From positions 682,001 to 746,000 of the forward strand of contig NW_027117347.1 of the NCBI RefSeq assembly GCF_038025025.1: 64,000 nucleotides of DNA. Reading direction: 5' to 3'. Positions 22,304 through 33,209 of the stretch are shown piece by piece. Origin of the DNA: Phyllosticta citribraziliensis. Taxonomy: Eukaryota. Under the pieces are notes generated by a model. That model had not been told where the DNA came from and did not search any database. It saw only the letters and a list, made by a program, of their open reading frames with translations. Position 1 is the stretch's first letter. The number at the start of each line of letters is the position of its first letter. The position numbers and the translations under genes were made by a program.

Positions 22304-24247
22304 GATGCGGCCGTGTGGTAGCGATGCTGTCGACGAAGACACGATTAGGCGGGAATCAATTTTGCTCTCAAGGACCCTTTTTTCGCCTCCTTGCGTCCAG
22401 GGCGGCTTTTCTCTGGCTACGATACAAAAATCCATTTGAACAGACTTTCTCTGCGCCACGCTGTATGCAAACATGGCCTACATTGCAACACGCAAACAAC
22501 TCTCATGGCTATGGAGAAAGAAGTCGATGACAGGTCTGGGACGGATTCGGGTAATGGCGCTAAACTGGTGGACCCACGGTACGGACAATGGGGCTCGGGA
22601 ATGGATTTACGGGTATGAGGGTATTGGGATATGTGTGTATGGGCTGGGACACCTGAACCGGGGCAACGCACGCCGAGTGTTTTGACAGGCGGGAAGGGAG
22701 GGAAAGGCCGGCCTCCAGGCTTCTGTTTTGCCAAACGAAACTCAGGTCGTTTTCTCATCCTTTCCAGCAGGCACCGCTTGTCCCAAGTCTTCGGAATTAT
22801 ACCTATTTGCTCTTTTCCTTGGTACGTATCGATTGATCGAGTCAATGAAGGCGTCTTCGCTGCTGTTGCTACACGCGCTCTTCACAGTGCGGCTGCTTGG
22901 TATCAACCAACGACCCAAAGCTTCTTGGCTCTCTGCTTACGAAACATGTCAACATGCTTAGAAACATCGTTACCTGGCCCCGGTGTCAATCGTCGCCTCC
23001 TGCACTCGACTCTCTTCTCATCGCTACGTTCCTGTATGGATGGGTACTCTTGCCACGCTTACTTGCCGTACCTTATTCACTAAACCACGCTTCCCTTCGC
23101 TCGCCCACGCCACGCCTACGCCACGCCACCCGCCTCCCTCCCCCACACGCATGTATCCACACCCACCCACCAACCAACCCACCAACCAACGACATAACCA
23201 ACGCATCCCAAGAATGCTCCCGGCCTCCACCGTTTCTCGGCGTGTCCTCCTGGCCTTCCATTTTCTCGACAGCGTACTCGACGTTATTGTGTCTGCGGGA
23301 CGTAGCTGGCAACTGAAGCTAATGCAAGGAGGTATGTATGGCCGGACTGCACCGGACCGCACCGGTCAGGAAATAGACACGGCGATGCAATGCGCCTACT
23401 TTGAGTAGTGTGGGGAGAGTGTAGACGCCGGTAGAGTGAATTAGGGAGGCGTGTTGGCGGAGCCGCACAGCAGCGCCTGTACATCGACTCTGAAGGCATC
23501 TGTAGAATAGCTGGGACTGAGCATTTAGCCAGCATAGCACAACAATTTCAGCCTCGACTCTGGCAATGTTCACGGCATTCTTCTCACTCCCCGAGCCAAG
23601 AATTCGAACATCGAGGTAGCAGATCATCGTGTCGTATCATGTACGGCGGCACAGCCTCAACCTCAGCATCAGCCTCAGTCTTAGCCTCAGCACTGACAGC
23701 CCAGCCAGAAAGATGGTTAGACAGTGAAACAGCAGCAAGTCAGAGACTGGCCGATTATTATTGACTGACTGTCCAACTGGCTGCCTGCGGCGCGGTCCAA
23801 TGATATGTGTGCGACGCGACACGACACGACAAGACGGGATCGGATGGTGGCGTGTGCCAAGAGGCCGACGACCCAAGACTTCCAAGGCTTAGGCTTATTT
23901 TACTTTTCTGTTTTTCTGTTTGTTTCTTTTTCTTTTTCTTTTGTTTCGGCCAGCTGGCCAGCCAAGGATAATGTCGTCTTCGCCACTCGGGGTAAGAAGG
24001 GGGTGCGGGGAATTGGACAAGGGGTGAAGGGGGGGTTTTCTGAGGAGGTGGATATGTCGGGGGGCCGCAAGGGCTCGACGGGATGGTGATGGGTTTGGTT
24101 GCTCTCATGGAGTACCTACGTAGTGCAACCGCTGTTTGGAGCTTGCAGCTGGTAGCCGGCTACTTGCTACATGCAAAGGGGTATCGATGTCAAACATCGT
24201 ACTGCCGTCTGTCCCGCAAATCTAGATATCAAAAGCAGTCCATGACC

Positions 24248-26017
24248 CTACTCTTCCGCACTCCCATCCTCCTCCTCACTCGTCTTCTTCTTGGCCTTCG
24301 CACCCGCCTTTCCAAAACTCAGTTTAGTCTGCTTGCCGCCCTTCTTGTCCTCGCGCTTATCCACCTGCGCCTGCACCCGCTCGCGCTCCGGCCGGCCCCT
24401 CTCCTGCAACTCGGCCTCCAGGCGTGCAAACTCGTCGCTCGCCGCATCCATCCCGACCAAGCTCTCCAGCAGCTTGATCTCTCGGGCCCATACGGCGCGG
24501 TCCTCGACCGTCTTCCCCGGAGTTTTGGGGTCCGGCACGTCGATGGGCGTCTCGAGGACCATGGGGAGGCCGCGCAGGCGCGGCTCGTTCATGAGGGCGT
24601 GGAAGGCGCGCAGGCCGAGGAAGCCCGTGCCGATGTTGGCGTGCAGGTCGCGGCCGGAGGCCAGCGGCGCCTTGGAGTCGTTGAGATGCAGCGCCTTGAG
24701 GTAGTCGAGGCCAATGACTTGATCGAACTTGTCGAGGACGTCCTTGAAGGCGCCGGGCGTGCGCAGGTCGTAGCCGGCGGCGAAAACGTGGCACGTGTCG
24801 AGGCAGACGCCGACACGGGCCTTGTCGCTGACTTGGTCGATGATGGCGCGCAGTTCTTCGAACGTGCCGCCGATGGTGTTGCCTGTGAAGACGGCCATCG
24901 TTTCGAGCAGTGTGAGAACGCTGCCTGTTGATGGGTCTGCGTGCGCGCGGTTGAGGTTTGTGGCGAGCTGCTTGAGTGCCTCGTCCCGTGTTGAGCTGGC
25001 TGCGTTGCCCGGGTGGAAGTTGTACAGTTTGATGCCCAGCTGGTGACAGCGTGAGACATCGTCCAGGAAGGAGTCGTATGCTTGCTGAGTTCGCTCCGGG
25101 TCCGTGTGGGCCAAATTGACCAGATATGATCCATGAGGGACAACGTCCTTTTCGCTTTCGTACTTGTGCTCTTTACACGCAGCCTTGAACATGATAGCAA
25201 TTTCATCCTTTAAAGGCGGATTTGCCCATTTCCGCTGGTTCTTGAGGAACAGCGCAAAAGCGTTGCCACTGCACAGTTGTTAGATTTTTCCAGGAGTAGA
25301 TGAAGACAACCCGCTCACCCTATTTGATTGCTGTTCAAAATGGCATTTTGCACACCTGGCAGCAGTCAGCATCGTCTTTCTGGGCCCCAGCCAACATGTT
25401 CGAGCAACCATACCCCCAGAAGCGCTCACGTGGGCTCCAATCTTGTACGAATGGCCCACTGTCCGCTCAGCAAACGGCGTCGCAACCTCCTCCTCGCCCT
25501 TCACCTTGGTCTTGCGCTTGGTCTTCTTAGGCGCCGCGCCGTTCTCGCCGTCCTCAGCCCCCTCGTCCTCTTTCTTGACCTGCGCCTTTGGCTTCCGCCC
25601 TGGCTTCTTCGCCGCCGGCTTTGTCTCCACTTCCTCGCCTACTTCAGCTTCCTCCTCATCCTTGACCTCAATCTTGGGCTTCCTCCCTCTTGCGCTCTTC
25701 TTCGGCGTGCTCTTTTTTGTCTCGGCCACGCTGTCGGGCTCCCCGTCGTCTGCACTCTCCTCGGCGTAATTGGGCTTGGCGGCTCCGCGCGTCGCTCTCT
25801 TGGTGCGCTTAACAGGTTCCTCGGCGTTGACGTCGTGGTTCTCTGCGCCGCGCTTGCGTGTCGAGGCGGTGCCTCTGGCTTGTCGCGAGCGGTCTGCCAT
25901 GGATGCGATAGGAGCAAAGACGGTTGGACGGGAAATGCGGATGCTGCTCCCTGTTGCGTAATGGAAGAGGCTTGGAAGAAGACGGCGACGGCAAAGAGCT
26001 CCGGCGGTTGTGAACAT
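24248..26017 (-). CDS. APN1: AP endonuclease 1 (endonuclease IV family); introns 25356-25413 and 25269-25318; second in-frame ATG at 25900
   Basis: IGAHVSASG|GVQNAILNSNQIG|GNAFALFLKNQRKW, PHGSYLVNL, YNFHPG, LLETMA, CLDTCHVFAAGYD, HLNDSK, DLHANIG and LETP. Confidence 0.95.
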
Positions 26018-27449
26018 GAATTGTGTCGTTCTATGGTCCTGCGATATCGACGTAGACGATGGAACGCGATGGCGACCTCAGAAGCACGTCCAGGGCATCG
26101 CGACGCGTCGCGCACCGATCAGATTGCGGCGGAGCTGCGGCTACGCACAGACCAGGTCGGCAAACCCTGCGCGGGCTCAAAAAGACGACTCGACGACTCC
26201 TCGCCCTCTCCATTCAGAAAAACCACGGGACCTCTCACTTAACCGGCCGGAGCCTTCGCGTACCGTGACGGTCATTCGGGTCCCCAGATGGACTCGCATG
26301 TCAGTGCTGCCTCTCTCCCCTTCCTTGCGGTCGGGGCGATGCAGTCGCCGCGCTTGCCTGCCCTGCCCTTGTCGCTGGCGGGGAGGCTGGCGTGGACGCG
26401 TGTGTGTGCGTACATTTTTTCGTCTTGATGTTTGACTCTGGGACTGTGTCATGTGTATGGGAGGGGAAGGGCCCCCTGGCTGTTTTTTGGCTTCACGGAT
26501 GGCAGAGTTGTCGGTCCTGGAATACAAACTTGGCCTTCATCTCCTCTGCCGTCTTTCTCATGTCCATGCTTTCGAAGTCCCGTCTGGTGCTGTTGTTTCG
26601 CGGCACCAATACTCGATGGATGATACGAGGATGTCGGAGACTACATACAAAGTGCCGACTATCTGGTTTCTTGACACCCGCAACAACCTCACACGAGACA
26701 GGCTTCTGTTGTCGCGGCACCAGCGCCACACCATCATCATGTCCTATCTTCCCCGCGTTTGAGCACGGCACTGCCACTGTTGTCCCGGTAAAACTGTTCG
26801 AAGCTCCAGCTGAGGCACAACAGTGGACCAGAAACGCAAAAGCGCATAGTTGAGCTGTCAAATTTCCCTCCAGTCTCTCCTCTGCGGTTGACGTGATGCC
26901 AAACTGGTTTTTGTCTCTTCTGTCTATGTATCGCCGCCTGTCGCATCTCCACTGCTCGCCGTAAGGCCGCTTCCTCGTGCATCCTTCAATCTCCGACTCG
27001 ACGGGCTCCTCCTGCTCCTCCTGCACTCGCTGTCATCGCAGTGCAGGAGACTTTTGTGGGTGTTTGCTTTCTCGTTTCAGCTGCCTAGTCTGCCGCCCAG
27101 GACTACCGGCTCTGGTTGCCAAAAATCGACGAAGCGCGGGATTAAAATGAGTAAATGGAAAAAGATGTCGTTGAACTTCGTAACGGCGTAACATCTCAAT
27201 AAGTCATGAATTACAGTACGGGGAAATGTTGATCAGGAAAGGTTTTGGAAAGGAGTGGAGGAGAAGGGAAGACAAAGGAAAGTACAAGCTGTGAATTGAT
27301 CAAATGAGGGAATGCTCAAGAAAATGGGGATGAAAGAGTCGATGGTTCGTGGAGGAGAGATGGGCAGATCAGAAGACCACCAGTATCGCTTCTCTCGGAC
27401 TTGGTGCATCTGAACCACGACCTTCCGGATCTCCAAAGCGTCTTTCAAC

Positions 27450-29216
27450 TCAAAAAGCTGAACCCGCCTTCCAAGGGCTTCGCGGGCTCTTGGGCACAAT
27501 CGCCTTCAAAACCCGGCGCGTCGTTGCCGCCGCAGCCTCAGCCTGCATGGCGCCAGCTGCTCTGCGAGAATTGGATCGCCCCGGCCGCATTGGCTCCACG
27601 TACGACGCGTCGTCGTCAAAGGGGTTCTCGCCCGGCGGCAAACGCGGCGTGGCCGCCACGACGAAGCCGTCATCAAAGTCACCCAGCACTTCCGGCCGGT
27701 CCAGGTCGAACGGATCACTCTTGCGGCGCCGGGATTGCGAGCGCTGTCCGAGGTACGAGTTGCGTCTGCTGCTAGCCCGAGAGCTCTTGGGGCTTGCGCC
27801 TCGGAATTGAGGTCGTCCACGGGTTTCTTCGGTGTTGTTCGGAACGCCTCGGTGTGGCCGCGAGTAGATTGAGCTGCTTGGGAGGGGAATCACAGGTGGA
27901 CGATTGTTCGAGTCGTAGCTGTCGGTGCGGGAAGGAGGCAGGATCAAGATGCTGGCAGGCCGATTCTCCCGTTCGTCCACCGAGGGAGCTGGACTGTTGG
28001 CGAGCTGCGTCAAAGGAGAGTACTTGCGAGCAATTTTAAGCGGCGCCACTTCGGCAGAGCGATGGGCTGGAGACGTGTAGCCTGAGTCGCGAGACGAGTG
28101 CTCGGGACTCTTTTGCTTTGACTTTGATGGCAGTCCCTCTCCTGCAAAAATCGCTTTTTCCTTGATGGGCCTGATTAGGTCGGCAGCAATGCTCCTGCCA
28201 CCAGCTTTTGAACGGTTTATGGGATCCATGAATCGGTCGACCGAAACGAGTTTGCGGAGTCCCTGGGATATTTCCACGCCGTCGGGAGGGTCAAGGAACG
28301 GATTTTCAAAGTCACTCCGATCAGCAAAGGCTGCCGCAATTGTTGGGCGACTGGGAAGGGTAGGAGCAGCATTGTCAGGTCTACTCGGTAGGGTCACGTC
28401 GCCCATGTTTGCGATGCGGATGGAGACGCGGTTCGAGTCGGCAAACGGATCCAAAGAAGCAACAGGAATCTCGGGCGGGAGAGCTGACTGGAATGAGCGT
28501 GTGCTGTCAATGGATGGAAGACGTTCGCGGCCAATGCGCCTCTTGAAGCTGTCTGTAACCTCTTGGACGCTCTTCAAAAGAGGCGCACTGGTCGATCTGT
28601 TGTGTCCCGGTGGTTGATTAGATCCAGCGGACGAACGGGCCTGGCTCCCACGATTCGCACGATTTGCACGAAACGGGCGGTTGGTGTTGAGAAAGGGGAA
28701 CGGCGAGCTGATGCTGGGCGGGTGTTCGCGGAGACCAGAACTGGCATTGAAGCCAAACCGTGACCCGCCAGTCTTTTTATCGGATAGCTTTTCAGTGATT
28801 TCGTAAACGCGATTGCGTTCTCTCGTCTTTCTCACACACCAGAGAAGCAGCAGGCCAGCCAGAATGACACCAACAAAGGACCCAAGAACGACACCGGCCA
28901 CTGCCCCAGGAGAAAGACTACGACCAGCGTCATTTTGCGCAGTAGCGGTGGGAATCGCCGAAAGAGTAGTAGAAGCTACATATTGTAAGCCAATGGACTC
29001 TATACGGCATATCTGAGCGTACCCGAAAAGGCTGCAGTAGTGGAAAGGTCGCCAGTAGAGGTCACAGTCTGGGAAAACATTAGCCAAACCAAGGGAATCC
29101 AAAAATGGCCCAAAGCAACTTACACTTCCACCAGCTGTGATGGTCGTGGTAACTCTCGGGACTCTGGTACAACGCTTCCCGTTGACCGTGGTAAAAGGAC
29201 TGGGAGGAGTGGCCAT
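27450..29216 (-). CDS. Single-pass membrane protein with an S/T-rich ectodomain and a long disordered cytoplasmic tail; introns 29069-29123 and 28976-29022
   Basis: MATPPSPFTTVNGKRCTRVPRVTTTITAGGS|TVTSTGDLSTTAAFS|ASTTLS. TM segment GAVAGVVLGSFVGVILAGLLLLWCV is followed by RKTRER; SDPFDLDRP lies near the C-terminus. Confidence 0.8.
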   Translation of the reverse strand: MATPPSPFTTVNGKRCTRVPRVTTTITAGGSVSCFGPFLDSLGLANVFPDCDLYWRPFHYCSLFGYAQICRIESIGLQYVASTTLSAIPTATAQNDAGRSLSPGAVAGVVLGSFVGVILAGLLLLWCVRKTRERNRVYEITEKLSDKKTGGSRFGFNASSGLREHPPSISSPFPFLNTNRPFRANRANRGSQARSSAGSNQPPGHNRSTSAPLLKSVQEVTDSFKRRIGRERLPSIDSTRSFQSALPPEIPVASLDPFADSNRVSIRIANMGDVTLPSRPDNAAPTLPSRPTIAAAFADRSDFENPFLDPPDGVEISQGLRKLVSVDRFMDPINRSKAGGRSIAADLIRPIKEKAIFAGEGLPSKSKQKSPEHSSRDSGYTSPAHRSAEVAPLKIARKYSPLTQLANSPAPSVDERENRPASILILPPSRTDSYDSNNRPPVIPLPSSSIYSRPHRGVPNNTEETRGRPQFRGASPKSSRASSRRNSYLGQRSQSRRRKSDPFDLDRPEVLGDFDDGFVVAATPRLPPGENPFDDDASYVEPMRPGRSNSRRAAGAMQAEAAAATTRRVLKAIVPKSPRSPWKAGSAF

Positions 29217-29907
29217 CCATGCAGGTTCAAGATGCAAGCAGCTTGAAGACAGCTGTGGACATGGCGCGCAACAGGGAAAACGGAGACCAACGCGTCAGCG
29301 CGGGGGACGAGGAAGAGGGATTATAGGAGGTCTCGGTGGCTCATGGGGAAAACACAGCACGATGGAAAAGGGTGGGAAAAGATCATGCTCGCATGGTTTC
29401 AGGGTACCGCGTCGAGGAGCGACTTGGCTATAAGCGCCGCAGGCTGTGTATCGTCAGGCGGACCAAGGCTCGTCCGGCGCTGATGCGACAAGTTGGGGCG
29501 CGTCTGGGCCATGGGTGAGGGTCGAGGCATGAGATGGGGGTGGATGGTTGTGGAGAAGGACGGGAGGTGTCGTGGGTGGTGGTTCTGCTGAGGTGGTCAG
29601 GCAAGCAGAGCAACGGGCGCACCCGCTGCAGGCGACGACATGGACCAGCAGCATCGCATTCCATCGAACCTTAATCCATCCATCCATCAATCTGTCTGAC
29701 CAACTATCCCATCTCTGCTACAGCATCTGGACTGGGCAGGCCTGCAGCTCTCCCGCGACGCACCGCAGCGGACGGGAACAAGCAAATCATCCGGGCTGCT
29801 GCTTGTGCGTGGACTGTGCCGCACCTCTGGACACTCAATGCCGCCCACGTCTCGTGTGAAACCTCGCAACATCCTCTCCTCCCGACCTCCCTTGGCCTCG
29901 ACCAGCC

Positions 29908-32046
29908 ATGTTTGCCTTTGGTTCCAGCTGTAAGTCATCCCCTCCTCAGCCACACCTCCCGGCTCTGCTTCACCCTCGACGCGCCCCCGGCTCGCTCTCG
30001 ACGCCTCCAAGCCCCGTCACCTTTGCCATCTCGCGCCACAGCTTTGGTTCCAGTTCCCCTGTGGCCCTTTTTCACGTGACCCGTGTTTTCAACTCTCCGG
30101 CTATGCCTCGAAGCTAACATCATCGGCTGCAGCCTCACTCATTGCGGGAAGACATGATCCCGACAAAGAGCGGGCCGATCCTGGCCAGCCCACGCCCGTG
30201 AGGTTTCCACGCCTCAACCCTGAAAATCAACCAACGCCCAAACCATGGACGTCACCGGCCGACGCTCCAGACTTGTTTCGCCAATTCACGCACATCAGAA
30301 GGCCCGTCGATATCACAGCTAACCTCTTTACTTCAATGAACATTGAGCTCAACCAAGTCCACGGAGTAACCGACATTGTCACCGCCCTGCCAGACGATGC
30401 TTCCTCCTACCTCCCACCAGAGTCATGGAAGAATCTCGACGCAGCAGGCGACGCTTCTCAGGACCATCGTCTCCCAAAGCGTCTTCTCTGCAATGGCAGA
30501 GAGTATCCAGGCCGTGAAGAGTTCACCATACGTCTTAAGGAGATTATGAATGACAACTATCATGCATTTAGCGCTCTCACGAGAACTCAAATCCCAGAAA
30601 AGAAGCCACCTCGTCTGGCCCATTTTCGAAGGTTTTGGGAGGGCCTGGACAACATGGCCTACTACTGGGACACGAGTCGAGACGTATATGTACCATTGCA
30701 CGAGCAAGAGGAGGATGCCGATGACCAAGATGGTCCAGTACAAACAGAAACGCCCAGCAAGGACGGAAAAGCGAGTGAAAAGGTCAAACCCGCTGGAGAA
30801 AACGAAACCGCAGCGGAAGAGGACGCGGGTCACACCAACAACTCGGAACCGCGAAAAAAGGCCAAAACGCAGGATTCCGACGGCAAAACAGACTCGCCAC
30901 GGCCAGGCCAGGCGCAGCCAGCGAAGCTTAGTCCGCCAAAACCAACCCGCGTTACCGAAGTGCGGGCCAAGTTGGTCAACGGAAAATGGGTCGAGACCAA
31001 GTCTACGGCACCGAAGACCAAATACAAGGGCATGCGTATCGGCAACGGCCGCGGCATGCCAGAAGGCTATCGCACCGACACTGTGCGCGGCTTCATCGAG
31101 CCGCTCTCGTGGCAGTACGGACTGGCGCTTGGCCCGCACCGGCGGCCGCCGGCGCTGCAGATCCACAAGCTGCGGGTTCCCGTGAGGGTCAGCTCGGCCG
31201 TGTGGAAGAGCAGTACGGACCGCCTCAAGGCTCGGCAGGGCATCGTGCAGGGCCCCGTGGCGGGCATCCGCTGCGCAGACTTTGTCGAGTTCTCCGAAGA
31301 CATCGCGTCGACAGCCGGCCAGCGCGAAGCGCTGCTAGACGTCATTCGCGAGATTGGCAGCATCTTGTGCATTGCGCAGGAGCGCGCGCGCGAGGGCAAG
31401 TCAGAGCGCAAGCCTGGCGAGGGCATGTGGTGGACGACGGCGCCGCGCTGGGGAGGCGGGCCTGGCGGCGAGGTGGGCGAGGGCCGCGGTGACAGCGATG
31501 GCCCGCTGGAGAAGGCCAAGGAGGAGAAGGAAGAGCGGTCGAGTAGTAGAGGCTCATCATCGTCGTCGACGAGCCGGCGAGTGGCGGCCAAGAAGAAAAC
31601 GGCGGCCGAGGCGTGGGCTGACTTGAAGCCGGGCGTGGGATATTGGGACCCCAAGGTCGAGTATGAGGCCGTCGGCAAGGACAGGAGAAGCGAGTGGGAC
31701 GATGTGAGTGCCGCCTACCAATACACCTCTCGAATCATCAACTAACGACATCTCCTAGGTCTTCTCCTTCTCCTCTCTTAACCACCACGTGGCCCTGCTT
31801 CACCTCCACGTCCACCCGGCGTACCTCGACTTCCTCCAGACGGGCGAACTGCCATCGCCTCCGCCCGCCGACCCCTCATGGTCCCGCCCCGTGCTGCGCC
31901 GCTCGCGATGGTACGACTTTTTCAGTGTCGACGACCGCGTCGAGCTGTTCTGCGGCTTGTGGGGCTTGTTTGGGTGGCTGGTTCGGACGCAGCCGCCGCA
32001 GCAGCAGGACGGCGACGGAGACGTCGAAATGAAGGACGCTACGTAA
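29908..32046 (+). CDS. Hypothetical protein; exons 29908-29929, 30133-31703, 31759-32046
   Basis: MFAFGSS|SSLIAGRHDPDKERADPGQP...RLAHFRRFWEGLDNMAYYWD...AQERAREGK...WWTTAPRWGGG...EWDD|VFSFSSLNHHVALL. Canonical introns keep the frame and codon bias is strong. Confidence 0.85.
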
Positions 32047-32352
32047 GCGAGTGCGTGTGTGAGCAGATAGATGAGGTGTCGGCATCGCACTCGCGAGCTT
32101 TATTTTTCTCGGGACGAAGCATTTGCGTCGTTTGCATTTGCAGCAGCAGCATCGTTTTGATCATCAGCGTTTGGCATCAGGTTGCAGCGAGCCAATTGAG
32201 CATGCAGTCAAGATTTCATCATTCTTTGGAAAAGGCACAGAACACTGCCCTGTGTAGAATAGGCACTTCACAAAAATGGGACATCGACAGGGAGGGGATG
32301 CAGAAAGAAAAGGTTGACTAACTACACTATGCAAGCACTCCAACGCCCCCAC

Positions 32353-33209
32353 CTAAATCTTGCCCTCGCCATTCTTCTCCTTCTGCTCCTCTTCCCTCCT
32401 CCGCCTCTTCTCTTCCTCGAGCCGCCGAAACAACCCCACGTTCAGCGGCATCGGCTCGCCAAGCCACGTCGCGCGCTGCGTGTGGTCGCGCAGGTCGTCT
32501 CCCGTGTTGGGATGCACGAGCACCGACAGCGGGCCGCGGTGGATCACCAGCCACGCGATGAAGGCGCCAAACTGCGCCGGCGTGAACAGATTGACTTCGA
32601 ACATGCCGACGACGTGCGGGCCGATGGGCCGCGGGAAGAGCGCGTAGGTGCGCAGTTCGGGGACTGCCAGGCGTTAGAGGGGGGTCTTGGTCTTGCTTTG
32701 AGAATGGATGTGGAGAAGGGGGGGAAGTGACGCACATTCCCGTCGCACGCGCTCCCAGAGGCGCGTCGCGTACTCGACTTGCGCGGCGTCCGTTTGGTAG
32801 AAGTAGATGTGCGCGTCGAAGCCGCCGCGCGGGCCGTTGTCGATGGGCTCGGTGAAGGCGTCGTAGGCGCTGCTGAGTGCTGCGGCCGGTGGGTTGACGT
32901 ATGACTTGCCATCGGCATTGCGCTCGCTGCGTGTTTATTGTGAGCACGTGGTTGGTTGAAATGCAGGAAAGCGAGAAGTGGTGGCTTGGTTCGAGGGCAT
33001 GATGGGATGAGGAAGGGACGGGAAATGGGCTCTTGCTTGCAGGAAGGCTGGAGATTGGAATAGTGCTATGGGTGGATTTTGGCTTTCCGACGAAAGACAG
33101 ATAAGAGGAAAGCAAGAGAGAATGAGAAGACGACGTACTCGGACAACGGTGGCAACCCCTCGTACCCCTCGAGAGGATCCGGATAAGTGTACAACGACGG
33201 GTCGGCCAT
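32353..33209 (-). CDS. DOPA 4,5-dioxygenase family protein; exons 33209-33139, 32926-32736, 32663-32353
   Basis: GGFDAHIYF, LWERVRRE|FPELR, PIGPHVVGMFEVNL, WLVIHRGPLSVLVHPNT and RDHTQRATWLG, including the three His ligands of the family. Confidence 0.9.

Noticed and set aside
22600..23890. Several 80-150 aa ORFs, an intron-like GTACGT...CAG and a CAGCCT hexamer run
   Set aside because: No coherent gene model or recognisable motif.
24083..26242. 282-aa and 304-aa plus-strand ORFs
   Set aside because: Antisense to APN1; explained by high GC3.
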